DNA from: the human T2T-CHM13v2.0 reference genome, Homo sapiens
Reading direction: 5' to 3' (one strand)
Length of the DNA: 64,000 bases
Assembly: GCF_009914755.1 (NCBI RefSeq)
Contig: NC_060925.1
Within the stretch, counting starts at the first letter, position 1. Every line of letters starts with the position of its first letter. The notes beneath the pieces are model-generated. The model saw only the letters and a list, made by a program, of their open reading frames with translations. It searched no databases and was not told where the DNA came from. This document shows, in pieces, positions 23,151 to 36,814 of the stretch. Made by a program: the position numbers and the translations under genes.

Positions 23151-26100
23151 CCTGCCCTTGTCCATCACCCTGCTGGGTGCTAGGCCTCTTCCCCACTGCT
23201 TTCCCCAAAGGAAAAGGGTTTGTCATCTAGAATTTCTAAACACAAACCTTTTGGGGTAGGGGAAGAATCTTTTTTCCTGTCTAGATCCGACTCTGCTCAG
23301 CTCTAAAAACTCCAGGAACTATAATAAAAACAGACTCTAGCAGGGCCAGGTGGGGGCCCAGGGGAGATCAAGCCCATCTCTCAGGAACTGCAGCCCATCC
23401 TGCCCAGGGACCTCATTCTACCCAGGGGGGACCTGTACTGGTATGTGTGCACACAGCACCAGGACAGAGCGAAAAGTGGCTCCAAGCTCATTTTCAAAGA
23501 CACACCGACATGCAGACCATAGGAAGGCAGAGCCCCTTTTGCCATTTCAAAGTAAGTTTTACTGCTTTTTGCTTCGGTGACTCCACACTGTTGGCCACTC
23601 CCCATCTCTTCCAGTCCAGGGCACAGCCTAGACTTTCCTAGAACAAAAGTCCATTTTCTACAGGTGTGGAAAAAGAGCTGGGCTCTTGAGAAAGGAGGTC
23701 ATGCCAGCCCTCTCCCACGGCACTGAGCAACAGGGAGCCAGGGCTGGCGGGAGGATGAGGCTCATGAAGGGGAGGAACCCATGGGCCATGGGACGCCAAC
23801 TCATGGGCGCTGGCCACAGACAGAAAGCCGGGGTTTGGGGATGCAACTTAGTGGTCTTCTATAGTCTTTGAGACAGGGGAGATAGGAGAGTCCACAAGGA
23901 AGCCGTCCCTCCTGACGGCAACACTGACAGCCCAGCCTCAATGTCCCAAGTGCCCAAGGAGGCTCTGCTGGGAGGACTCCCTCCAGCCAGGCCAGGGCTG
24001 GGCGTCAGTCACCCCATGCGGGGAACTGGGTCTCAGTTGGCCATGTCTGTTCTAAAAACAGAAGGACCACAACCGAGCCCAGTGTCTATTTTTAACGTCC
24101 CACTCACTGAAGAGGAATGTGTAATATTTCAGTAAAAGACGAGTGCAGGCTGCCAAAACTAACTGTTTGGCTTGGCAGCCTCGGACAGATCTAAATTGTT
24201 GAGACAAAGGCTACAGAAGCCTTGTCAGAAAAGATCATCATTTACTGGAGCAAAGCCTAATACATTCACCAACCACTTAACATCTATTCTTCCCACCTCC
24301 CCTCCAAAGAGGGAAGAGGAGGAAGATGAGCAGGAGGATACTAAAAACCTTTAGAATCACAAATTTAGTAGAAGTGGCAGCTGACAGGGACAAACCCAGG
24401 GGCCCAAAGAGACGGGGCGTGAACGTAAGCAAACAAACATCCACCCCGTCAGCCTCTAAGGCAAAAAACACCAGCCAGGGAGAACTCAGCTGAGGCCCAA
24501 CAGGAAATGGGTGCAGAGGTGCACCAGTCCCCAGGGTTGTCAAGGTTAAGGGACAAATAATTGTGTCTGCCATTCTGGGCTCATCATCTCACAGGGACAA
24601 AGACGCACCAACAAGGAATTCATCAGCATGATCCCCATTTTTCCTCTATCACAGTGCTTCCTAACGGTAACAGGGAAGAGGGTAACTCTGGAAGCTGCAT
24701 AGGGCTTAAGAGCCCAGCACTGGGCTTAGGACTGCCTGGTTCACATCTTCACTTTATGCCATAGTTTCCTCATCTGTAAGGTGGGTTGCTGTGAGGATTA
24801 CATTCTGCAATGCAGGGAGGGTGCTCAGCACAGACCCGGCACGTGGTGAGATTCCTGATTGGGACAACTGTTAAAAGAGGATTTGTGCTGAGTCTGGAGG
24901 GCAAGTGGGGCCTTCTCAGGTGGATAGGGGTCAGGGGACGGAGCAAAACACTGAGGTCCAAGAGAACATGGTCCCTGAGGTGGGTGAGAACAGAGCCTGT
25001 GGGATGGCAGTGCAGGGCTGAGGGCAGGGCTGAGTGAGTGACGCATCGTCCCACACACATGGAGAGCAGGGAAAGGCCAAGAGCAGGGGCACACAGGGGT
25101 CTGCTGTTGTCTCAGGAAGGGGTGAGGCACAGCCCAGAGGAAGGGCAGGAGGGAGGGAGGGGACTGCTGGGCAGAGATGGGGGTCTCGGTGAGAAGCACA
25201 GAGACCAAGTTGCGGGTGGGTGGATGCAGCCCCATGGTGTCCTGCCTCTCAGAAGCCCTGTGACTGGTAGTGAGGAGGAACCATTGAGCAGAGCCAATGA
25301 ATCCTCTATGTCCAGGAACATCCTGCTGGAACAGCCCTTCTGTCCCACCATGGGCAGCAAAGCCCCGAAAGTCACAGATAGACCTGAGCTCCAATTGCTC
25401 TCCGCCCACTCGACCTGCCAGGCACCTGACCCCCTGCATCCCGGTGTCCTGACCCACAGCGTGAACAGGGACACCAGCCTCCCAAGGGTGAAAGAATTCG
25501 GAGTACACACACATCCCTATCATGGGCACAGCACAGAGGAAGGGCCTGTGCTCATAAATGCTTATGTATCTTCCCAAGGAGGCGTCTGGAAGGCTTCCCT
25601 ACTCTGGGAATGATCTATATTAGCCCCCCAAGATCTTTTGATACCCATGAAATCAAGGAACCGATCCCCAGCCCAACCTACTTACTGCCCTAATAGGCAG
25701 CTGGACATCAGGTGAAGGAAGGGGGTAGCCAGAAAGGAGAAGCAGCCAGACAGCTTGGGGGAGGGGCAAGGCTGGGGACGGGGTCACAACGCCCAGCCAA
25801 CCAAGAGCCCAGCCAACCAAGGCTGGGGATGGGGTCCCAAGAGCCCAGCCAACTTTGAAGCAGGGCCTGACCTGCCCCAAAGGCATTTTCTCCTCTGAAT
25901 TCTCCAGCCCAGACCGCCTGGGGAATGTAAAGAATCCTCTCTCCACTCCCTGCCTCCTCCTGTCTGGAGCCTTCTAAGTGCTGAGTTTTTTCCTCTCGAA
26001 ACAGCAGTAGCATGAGACAGGAATGCAACATTAGGTCCCCACTGGCCCCCTCTCCCCTGGCACGCCTGCCAAGCTGATAGATGAGTGGAAAAGATGACAA

Positions 26101-26819
26101 TCACGACCACCCCCACCCTTCTGGGACAGGCAGGCCTCCCTTCTGTGATGGAAGAAGTCTGGGTAACAGAGGCACCACAGCCACGATCAGCCTCAGAGGA
26201 GGCAACCGAGGCAGGGTGGACAGGCTGGAAAACCAGGTGGGTGCACAGCTGCTACTGTGAGGCTGCAGCGAGCTCTCCTGATCAAAGCTGCGTTGCATGG
26301 GGGCAGCGACCACAGGTCCCAAGCACAACCGCAGCTCATTCTGTGGAGGTGGAATGGTCATGGGCTGGCCAAGAGAAAGGAACCCATACAGAGGTGCAGC
26401 AGTTGGGTGAGAAACCAAAAATCCCTGCGATTCTTAACTCTGCCCATGGCCATGAACTTGGGTCAGGCTTACCCTTGTGTAGGTAGATTCGTCAGGGGAT
26501 GGAGAAGTCAGAGCTGGGCACTCTGCTGGCATCCACTAAATGTCTGTTGAACTGAATAGCTGAAGAAGGGCATGAGGTTACATCTACCCAACATGTGTAC
26601 AAATTTGGGTTAAACGTATGGAGAAAATGACTGGAGTGACTCGGTGGCTATAGCTTTTGTGCTGAGTGAGATTTGCCACCAAACACAGCTGTCCACTCAC
26701 TGAGCTGTTGTTCGAGCACAGAAGTGGCATATGCTCAACTCTGGGCCTGCAGCATAATGTCTGACATAAACGGGGTATACAATAAATATCTACTGGAAAA
26801 AAAAAATCAATGAATGATT

Positions 26820-27190
26820 TCAGAGACAGAAAATAGATGGTGGCTGCCGTGGGCTAGTGAGAGTGGGGGGCAGTCATTCTTTAATGGGAACAGAGTTTCA
26901 GTCTTGCAAGATGAGTTCTGGAGGTGTGGATTAGCTTGACTTAATCATTCCACAATGTACACACGTATCAAAACATCTTGTTGTACATCATAAATATACA
27001 CAATTTTTCATTTGTCAATTAAAAAGTAATAATTTTTAAAAAGAGTTCTCGAGATGGATGATGGTGATGTTTACACAAAAATGTGAATGTACTGAATGCC
27101 ACCAGACTATACACATAAACATGATTAAGATGGAAAATTTTATGTTGTGTGTATTTTGCCACAATTAAAAATAAAACTTAAAAAAATCAA
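26820..27190 (+). mobile_element. L1M 3' fragments
   Basis: cagagacagaaaatagatggtggctgcc...gttctggag...ccacaattaaaaa. Confidence 0.7.
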
Positions 27191-27269
27191 TGAGTGATTA
27201 ATTAAAAATGGAAAGAAATGGCCAAGGTTAACCAAGGAATGAATGACATCATACAATCTTAGATTTAAA

Positions 27270-27716
27270 ATGGGTGCAAACTCTCTGCAGCTCTTCTATC
27301 AAGAGGTGCAATCTCTTTCCTCAAACATTGAATCTGGCCCAGCTTGTGCCTTGATTTGACCAGCAGAACAGAGCAGAAGTGATACTATGCAATTGCCCAG
27401 CCTAAGCTTCAAAAGAGTCCTCGTAGGCTTCCGTTCCCGCACACGGATCTCTCCACCTCTGTGTGAAGAAGTCCAGGCTGGCTTGCTGGAGACATGTGGC
27501 CCAGCTAACAGCCAGCACCAACCAGACAGGTGAGCAAGGTTCTCAGAGCACCCAGCTCCCATCAGGCGATCAGATGACACATAAGTGATCCCAGGCAAGG
27601 CCAACGGAAGAACAGTCCAGCTGAGCCCTGCTCCGATCATTGACCCACACAATCATGAGCACATAAAATGCTGCTTCAAGCCATTAAGTTTGTTATGCAT
27701 CTATAGAGAACTGATA
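27270..27716 (+). mobile_element. MLT1G/H-like MaLR LTR
   Basis: tatcaagaggtgcaatct...ttgaatctggc...aagccattaagtttg...aactgata. Confidence 0.65.
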
Positions 27717-30128
27717 GAGTGAGGAAGGCATCAGTTGAGAGGTAACAAGAAATGGGGTCCAAGTCTCCCTCCAGTCCTGCAATTGGAGATTAGGGGGTCC
27801 TACCTTCACTAAAGCCACCTCCTGTTTGTGGCTCTCCAATGAAGATCTTATAAGCCTTTAAGTCCTAAGAAGAGTTTGGCAAATCTCTTCAAGCAGGATG
27901 GCAGGGCACTCCAGGGTTAAGACAAAGGAGGAATGAGTGATGGGCTTTTTAAAACTCGGCACTGCCTAGTGAAGAAGGAGGAAGGGACAGCTCCCTTGCT
28001 CTCTGAGATACGCTCTATTTTGCCCCTAGACGTTTCTAATAGTAAACTATAGTAAGTCTGACCTCGAGAGATCAAACAGGAAGGTGAGGACACAGAGTGA
28101 GCCCAACAGTTTGTGAAACAAACTGGAACTCTAATCTAACAGGAGTATGAAATGAAACTGCCAACTCTGAGCTATGAAGACTACACTTTACTAAAAGGAT
28201 GCAATTTCTGATGGGTGACACATATTAACCAGATTTTAGCAAGCTTCCTCAACTTACACTGGTTCCTAAGGGACCAGATATGCTGGCATCTGTGGACAAT
28301 GAGCCTCTCAGCACAAGTGTGATTCAAGTGGACTGTACTTGCTCTCTTTTTTCTCGAGATCTTCGCCAGGCACCTGTTTCCCACTCTGGCCCCAGCAGCT
28401 GTGCTTGTATCAGTGGCCACTCCAGGAGCTGCACCACCTTGTCCCAGAATGTCATTTATGCCAAGTTAATAAAAGATGAAATGTCCTGTCCCACAAATAG
28501 CTGATTCAGGAACATTTAACAAGCTAAATTCTTAAGAGAACAGATGTTCTCGTGGGGAACATGATGAGCTTAGGTCTTAGGACACTTTAACTATTTTTTA
28601 CTTTCCTTTGCCTTTATCACTATGATATCTTCAAATATAGACCCAGTCCAGGAAAATCTGCACTGCTTTCTGGGTCACCATACCCAAGGCTGCTCATTTC
28701 CAACACACAGAGAATCTATCTGGCTATTACCACTAGATATCATCTATAGGATTAGTACTTCTCACAATTACCCATTTTGGGAGCCCATAGAAGAGGAATA
28801 TTGAGGGCCCTGGCTAAGAATCAATGTAATGATGCACTTTTTACCCACTTATGACTTCCTTTGCAATGTCAGTAGACACAGGATCCAGTGTTGGATTTAG
28901 AAGCTATTCCAATTGCAGGCGGCTCCTTAACATCTTGTGCTCTCTCCCAAGACAGTGCTGGTCACCCCTGCAACCCGTACCCGATCCCTAGGGAGACTAC
29001 ATTAATGCCATGCCTTCCCCAAAACCACCTCTTAACTCTAACACTCATCTCAATTGTCCCACGCTCCCACGCCCTGAGGCCAGCTCACTTCACCCAGGGC
29101 AATCGGCAATAGCTTACTAAATACTGTCTGTGTGCCAAGAACAGTGTCAGCTGTCCTTGTGTCCATCTGAACCCTTGGGCAATATTTCATTTTAAGACAC
29201 AGTCGCCAACATGAGGGCCTCTCAGGGTCCTTCATGAACCACTCTGGCCCACCCTCCTCATAGGCCTCCTGCTGGGATGAGGGCTCTGATCAGCAATGAT
29301 GTGGACAAGTGAAAAACCAAAAAGCAAGTGCCTTGAGGTATCAGTATTTAAAAACCCTGATCTGCCCAGCAGTCCGAGCCCTATTCCAGGCTCACCACCG
29401 TCTCTGTCTGTAACACACTCTCATGACGTAAAGAACCCTCCAACACACATCACCAAATGTTCCAGAATTCAGAAAATCTTGGTCTTTTATTTCTGTCCCT
29501 TGGGTTAAAGACACCTGTCTTTTAGTCATTTTGCTTATGAATGTACTTCTACTGGGGCAACTTAGGAGATGGGGAAAATGAATTAAAATCAGTGAAGCTT
29601 GATGCTCTTAAGCAACTCTGGTGATGATGATGATAATGATGAGAAGAAGAATGACTGGGAGACAGAATTAGTGATCCACGTTGGGATGAATTAGCTAAAT
29701 GGATGTCTATGTCTATCAATCAGCTCGTCACCTCCCATTTGCTCAAAGCTTTGTCTTATGGGGCATCTCCCATCAAGGTGCTAAGTGCTGGGAACCAGAG
29801 GTATGAGCAGAGACAGGGCCCCCAAGAGGGCTGGCCCCCTTAACCAAGCTGGCCGGGAGTCCTAGACAATGGGCATCATGGGGCGTCATTGGACCCTGGC
29901 AGAAAGCACTACTACTTTGAACTCACTATCACCAAACCACACACAATAGTTTCCTAATTCCTCACCATGCTCCTCCCATCCCCTCCTTTTCTACCAACAA
30001 TGGACACATCCCCTGCAGCCTGGCAGTCAGGGGGCTGTCTTCTGAGTCCATCAAATGCTGAAAGAAAAATATACAACTACTCAGTTCTTTTTAAAAGAAC
30101 AAATAGATCTAAATTTAATCCAACTTAC

Positions 30129-30179
30129 CTTTGTTTCCCAGGAGAAAGGGGCAGAGTGCTCATCTTGCCAAGTTAGATC
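30129..30179 (-). CDS. C1orf198: C1orf198 coding exon 2 (51 nt, DLTWQDEHSAPFSWETK)
   Basis: Acceptor ttttttatttcag|GAT and donor AAG|gtaagt; phase 0/0; keeps frame between exons 1 and 3. Confidence 0.93.
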
Positions 30180-30489
30180 CTGAAATAAAAAATCGAGAAT
30201 AAGTCTGAAATTCAAACCCAGACATACCCCATGCAAATATCCACCCAGGACCGTGGGGGAACCAAAACTTAGGAATAATCCCAACTCCTGGCTCTAAACA
30301 AGCCTGATGCTTTGACACTCTCAATATAATGCGCTGACCGTCTTGATCAGATTGCTCCCTCATCTTTCCCGCTGAGGCTGCCAGACACTCCCCTCCCCAG
30401 CCAAACAGACAACAGGGAATGCCGGTGAGGCCCCCCAATGGACTCAGACAGATGAGATGAGTAGGAGTGGATGAGGGCTTGATGGTCTC

Positions 30490-30640
30490 AGCAGAATCAG
30501 GCACAGACTCAGCCCTGAACAATGATTAGCTGTGTGGCCATGGGAAGATGACTCAGCCTTTTTGAGCCTCAGTTTTCTCATTTGTAAAAGCAAAATGATA
30601 CTTCCCTTGCAGGGCTGTTGTAAGGATTAAATGAGGTAAT
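30490..30640 (+). mobile_element. MIR
   Basis: gagcctcagttttctcatttgtaaa...gggctgttgtaaggattaaatgag. Confidence 0.75.
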
Positions 30641-31008
30641 CTGGGAAAAGAACGCCAAGCCATAATCTGCCAGTCAATGCCAATACAGGAGCTCCCCTCC
30701 TCCCCAACAGGCCTACCAGAGAGCTCGAGGGCATGGATCAGCAGAATCAATGAAGAAAAACGCCAATGTAATCCATGTGACTAATTATAACAAGAACTCT
30801 GAAATCACTCCCCACCCCCACCAAACAGAACAGGACAGAAAGAGCCCTGTAGAACAATCACTACGAATTTGACCTTGGATCCAGTATGTTTTGTTCACTG
30901 GCCTGCACAAATGACTTGGGGAAGCCACCTTTCCTTATATCCCACCCTCTACCCGCAGTTATTCCTGTGCTAGCAAATGTCTCATCTGTGTCCAGCTTCG
31001 ATTGGGTA

Positions 31009-31150
31009 ACTTTTGTTTGTTTGTTGGTTTGTTTTAAGAGATGGGGTCCCAGTATGTTGGCCAGGCTGGACGCAAACTCCTGGGCTCAAGGGATGCTCCT
31101 GCCTTGGGTGTCCAGAGCAGCTGGGACTACAGGTGTGCACCATGTCTGAC
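31009..31150 (-). mobile_element. FLAM (Alu left monomer)
   Basis: gagatggggtcccagtatgttggccaggctgg...ctcctgggctcaag...gctgggactacagg. Confidence 0.75.
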
Positions 31151-34100
31151 TGCTTCTACTGGGAGCATATTTTCAGAACAAAAAATCAGGACACATTGGG
31201 TGATACAGGCTAAAATGGGATAAAATATTTTAAACGGAGATCATATCCATATCTCCCCAAAACTCCAGGTGATTTATGTCCTTCCGTAAGTATCCCTGGA
31301 TAACTGTCTTCTTCCCACCCATAGGTACACCGACTCTGCGCCCCTAAGTCAAGGGTCTGGCTTCCCTCTCCTCTACAGGGCAAACCAGTTCTGCCCACAG
31401 ACCCTCTTCTTTCAGCTTTTGACAGAGCCTCCGCCACCCCAGCTTAGCCTCAGACACTGGGGGCAAATGCCAGGGCCCACGCAGGGGGAGTGCCTCACCA
31501 ACACATAAGTGTACACATTCAGCCTTCCAGACCCCGAGTGTGCGTTCTCTGTGCAGACGCCTCCTAACATGAACAGCCAGTGGGAGGTCAGTCTTTGAAC
31601 TCAAATAACGAAGGCATGCCAGGGTCTGGGCAGCTGAAGGCCTATTCCCAAGAAGCGGGGACAGGGAAGGAAGTGTGTGATGACTCCCCAGCACAGCCCA
31701 AGCACGGCCAACCCTAGATGACAGGGGCAACACAGCAGGGCCTTTGTCCGCTTCTCTATCCCAAGTGCCCGGAAGACTCAGCGACTGCCCGTAGCGGACG
31801 CTTACTCACTCTTTGAGAATATGTGAATAAACAAACTCTGCACAAGCCCGGATCCTTTCACAGGTTGATTTTCCCCCACAATCACCCGCTCCCAACACTC
31901 ACACTCCCCCAAGACTTCCCAATGTGGGGGCACAGGCTCTTCACAGCTCTTGGCCCCAGGAGGAAGAGCCAGCCATCAACAGGGTAGAGATCTGGTTCTG
32001 TGTCCTGATGGCTGTGCTGTGTGCCTTGGCTCTGTGCAGTAGAGGCTGGTACATTTGTGGCACAAATACTTCACATATGCTGGGGATAAAGAGCAAGGAA
32101 AACCCAGAGAGGAGACTGTCAAAAGGCCAGAATCCAGGTCTTTATTTTCCCAGGACAGCATATAAAAGGACTAAATATATTTATATCAGGAAAAAAAACA
32201 CCACTAACAAAGATACTAGGTATAAATATTAAGAATTACAAAAGTGAGGGAAAAGCCCTACAAACTGGGTTAAGCTGCATTAAAGTGTATCAAACAGTCA
32301 GTTCTGAGAACCACATAGTGTGTGCAACTAATGACCATGTGCACAGTAAGATGACCCCCATCCTCAGAGTGTTACAGTCACTGTCCTGTAATGGTATTTG
32401 CTTATGATCCTGACTTCTGAACTGATTGGTATGCAGTGCCTCATGGCTGTCAAGCAAAACCTTTAAAAATGAGAGGAACCACTGCCTTTTTGTTTGGAAT
32501 TTCAGTTAAACTCAAGTCACTTCCCAATGCACAAACTTCATTCCTCCAAAAATGGAAATGGATGCCTGGAGGAATGTGAGTTACCAAGGCTTTGTGATTA
32601 GATGTCTCCTAGCAGAGGCAGAGGGCCAGCCTTCAGCTCTAGGGGGCTCCTTGTCCACGTCTCTGTGTGCATGCTAGGGGTACAGTTGAGCTAAATAACC
32701 AAAGTCCCTAAAATCCTCAGAACCCTCTGAGTTCCGTTTAGAAGCAATCAAACCAAGAAGGGCTTTGTTTTCACATGGGAAAAATAAAAGAGGCTGATGG
32801 AATGTAAGTATCATTTATTCTAGTTAATCATTCATTAACTCTTCGTGAATAAATGATCTCTGCACAAGCCTGGATATTTTCACAGGTTGATTTTCCTCCC
32901 CAGCCTCCACACCCCACACTCACACACCCCCTAAGACTTCACCGGCTCTTCACAGCTCTTAGTTCCAGGAGGAAGAACCGGCCATCCACAGGGTAGAGTA
33001 GAGATCCAGCTTTGGATCTTTCGAAAAAGGTAAATGGAAATCAACTGGCAAAGGTGCTCCTTCCATCCAGAATCAGACAGGCCGCTGGCCACCCAAATGG
33101 AAAGAGGAAGTGCATGAACACCTGCGGGGCAGGCAGAGGGCAGGACCACTGACTGGCCAGGGTGGGGCATGATGGAGCTGGACTCCCCTGTTACTCGATA
33201 TGATTCTAAATATTAATTATATACCTTAAGTCCCTTTGAAATCTGCAAAGATTAAAATAATAAGGCTTTTGGCTTTGGAAGGTGGCTCAATACAACACTC
33301 TGAGGAACGAAGACTTAGCCCAGAGCTTGGGGACAGTCAACTCTCCAGTGACTGCAACCCATATTAGCTGAAATTCCAAGGGGGTCACAGGAGGAGAAAG
33401 GGTCACACTGTGATTTCTCCCCTACTTAGTGTCGAGTCAATAGTCTTCTGTTTGCTCCAGCAAGAAATGAAGTCAAGGGGCAGATTCCTTGGGTTTCTGT
33501 AATTCTGAGCTCATAAAAAACAATAAAGTGCTTAACAAAAATAAACATGCCAAACAAAAATGTGATGGAAGCTCTGATGTCAGCCGTGGACTGCACGCTC
33601 TAGCCACAAAAAAGCACTGGCGGCAAGAACAGGCTCCCTGGGCTGTTGGATGCAAATGGAATCAGAATTGCAAAGTGGCGGCACCCACTCACACGCATAC
33701 AATGCTGTCCTTTCTTCTACTCCCATGGTGACCAGCCTGCAACCAAAATGAGGCCAGGCACATGCTTTTGGACCAATCACATATGCTTTTTCTAGGACTG
33801 CTTGGAAGGCTTTCCCACCCCCCTCTCTGGCGCCTAGGATCTGAAATCATCTAAGTGTCAAAACACATCTGTTACTTAGGCCACACGACAAGAGAGTGGG
33901 CTTCATTGTTGGCCAGGACTTATCCTCAGAGTCAAATTCCGTAAGAGGCATCCATACCAAATGGGCAGCACTGAATCTCTCCAGAAACAATGACTTCTTT
34001 GGAGTGCAGAACAGAAAGATGCCCCAGGTCACCAAATCCCAGAGCAGAAAGCCAAAAAGCAGGGGGGAAGCTATAGAAAGCCACCAGAAACACAGAGCAC

Positions 34101-34460
34101 TTGGCAATTATCAGAGGCCAGCGCTACATGTAAGAGGCTCTGCCAGTCCCCACGCAGCTCCAAGGACTCCGGGATAAACACACACACAAACAATCTTTTT
34201 CCCTAACATCCCAGAGACCTTGAGTATTTGCTCTTCTCTGGGAAATGTTCATTCAATTCAGTGTGCACCTCCTAAATCCTAAATGAAACAGAATTAAAAA
34301 TAATAACATATATTTTTTGCTCATAGTGCTGGAATACATGTTTGCATCATATCGCCAGCGTTTACTTCTTTACTTGTTGATAAAAAAAATGGATACTGGA
34401 GGGCTTAAGAACTCTGTGGTTCCTAGACACTTTTATTTTTGGAGGCTGCAAGGCTGCAAC

Positions 34461-36117
34461 CAGAGGTGTGTTGGAGCAGGCCTGCACCAACTAACGAGAG
34501 CTGATTGTAAAATTTTGAGGAATTTCTTGAACCTGTTGTTAAATATCTTGTTTAACTGCTGTGATTAAAAAGGTGAATTATACAAACTTGCAATTAAGTC
34601 CATTGTATTAAAAATAAAGGTAATATACTTCACACCCACAAGGATGGCTACTATCAAAAAGCAGATACTGGCAAGTATTGGTAGGATGTGGAGGCACTGG
34701 AACCCTTGTGCACTCTTGGTGGGAATGTAAATGATGCAGCCATTATATAAAACGGTTCGGCAGTTCCTCAAAAAATTACACATACAATTACCATTTGTTC
34801 TAGCAATTTCATTCCTAGGTATACACCCGAAAGAACTGGAAGCAGGGGCTCAGAGATCCTTATACCCCGATGTTTATAGCTGTGCCATTCACAATAGCCA
34901 AAAGATGAAAGCAACCAGGTATCCACTGACAGATGATGAATGCATAAACAAAATGTGGTCTATCCATCCAATGGAATATTATTCAGTCTTAAAAAGGAAG
35001 GAAATTCTGATACATGCTTCAACATGGATGAACCTTGAAGACATTATGCTTAGTGAACTAAGCCAGACACAAGGATAAAAATCATGTGATTCCACTTATA
35101 TAAGGTACCTAGAGTAGGCAAAATCATAGAGACAGAAAGTAGAATAGAGGTTATCAGAGACTGAGGCCAGGAAATGGGGAGTTACTGTTTAATATATACA
35201 GAGTTTCATTGTTTAAAGGATATAGTTTCACTTTAAATAATACACGAGTTCTGGAAATGGATGGTGGTGATGATTGCGCAACATTGCGACTGTACTAAAT
35301 GCCTCGGACTATACACAGAAAAGTGGTTAAAACGGTAAATTTTATGTTGTATGTATTTTACCACAATAAAAAGTCATGGAAAGACATGGAGGAACCTCAA
35401 ATGAATATTATTAAGTGGAAGAAGCCAATCTAAAAAGGCTACATATTGTATGATTCCAGCTATATGATATTCTGGAAAAGGCAAAACTACAGAGACAGTA
35501 AAAAGATCAGTGGCTGCCAGAGCCTGGGGGGCGGGAGGCATGAGCAGGTGGCACACAGAGGATTTCTGTTAAGGCAATGGATCCCCTCTGTATGATACCA
35601 TCATGGCGTATACCTCCAAGAGCGACCCCTAGTGTAAACCAGAGACTTCGGTTGACAATGATAAAAACAATGCAGGTTCACTGATTGTAATCAGTGCACC
35701 ACTCTGGTTTAGGATGTTGGTGGTGGGAAAGGCTGTGTGCATATGCACGTCTGTGTGTACATTTTGGGAAAGGTCTGTGTGGGAACTCTCTGTACTTTCC
35801 GCTCAATTTTGCTGGAACCTAAAACTACTGTAAAAACTGAATTTTTTTAAAGTGTGCCCCCCCCAAAAAAAGTAATAAACACTAGAAACTCATCATTTCA
35901 ATACAGTTACTATTATCCATGGTCTTAAGGTTGTTTGCATCCATTGTATGTGTAAGGTGGAAATACCATATAGCGCGGTGCCCAGATATGCATCCCGTGA
36001 GTCACGCCAACAGCGTGCAACGGGCCATGGTGGAGTATCTGGTCATGGCAACCAGCAAATGCTAGAAGTCAGGGCTAGTTCGCCTCACTCCCCCAGAGCC
36101 GGCTCCAGCATACCACA
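34461..36117 (+). mobile_element. MER63-like (hAT-Blackjack) element split by L1 insertions
   Basis: Ends cagaggtgtgttggagc... and ...gccggctccagcataccac; body resumes at 35870 after aaaggtaata/aaagtaata duplication. Confidence 0.65.
34627..35850 (+). mobile_element. L1MB-like (34627-35373) and L1MC/MD-like (35375-35850) 3' ends
   Basis: cacacccacaaggatggcta...; catggaggaacctcaaatg...ttctggaaaaggcaaaac. Confidence 0.75.
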
Positions 36118-36814
36118 GGCTACAACCATAACAAACATCCTGATATTCATCACATTCTGCAAGTGTTTCTGGTGTGTGGATGGATAGCGCCTGCAGAGGG
36201 AGCTGTCCAGCATGGGGGCTCCCTTAGGGCCTCCACAAGCTGTTCCAGGAAAAACAGCTAGGCGGGGAGTGAGGGGCTTTCTGGGGTGATTCTAAAACAG
36301 CATCAGGATCTTGGAACACGGCAACACGCGTATTGATGCCAGAAATGGTCATCGTCTTCCTGAAATCCATAAATAAGGAGAGTTTCTGGTTGACACCTGT
36401 GGCATCTTGGCTTGAAGGTAAGAAATGTAAACTGAGAAATTCTATAAGCTAGAGAAATAAGGCTTAGAGAGCAGAGCATGTGAGCAGGACAGAAAGTCCC
36501 ATAGGTTGCAGAGTGTGTCACCCTGTAGTGATGCCAGGTGGCCTGGCCATCTTGGTTCATCCAGGGTGGAACACGTTGTTCCTGGTGAGCTGTGTCGTGC
36601 CCATCACTCCCTCAGAGATGCCAGAGCCTGTCCTGTGGATCAACTGTAAGGTTTAATTACCGAGTGACAACACTGGTTGTTGTCACTGATAATGACAGCA
36701 CCCTGGACATGTTGACCAACTGAGGGCCTCCCAACCACAGCTCCATGCACAACTGTGCTTCTGCTATAGTTATTTCTATATTTATTCCTCCACAAATAAA
36801 TATATTACAGGAGT

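Noticed and set aside
24825-25613. 250-aa minus and 191-aa plus ORFs in intron 2
   Set aside because: GC-rich intronic sequence partly overlapping a MIR; no family resemblance or convincing exon boundaries
30222-30230. Minus-strand donor GGG|GTATGT upstream of exon 2
   Set aside because: Would define a 48-nt intron, below the usual human minimum
34731-35078. ORFs resembling the L1 ORF2 C-terminus (also 16162-16380) and many Alu-derived ORFs
   Set aside because: Degenerate retroelement remnants, not functional genes
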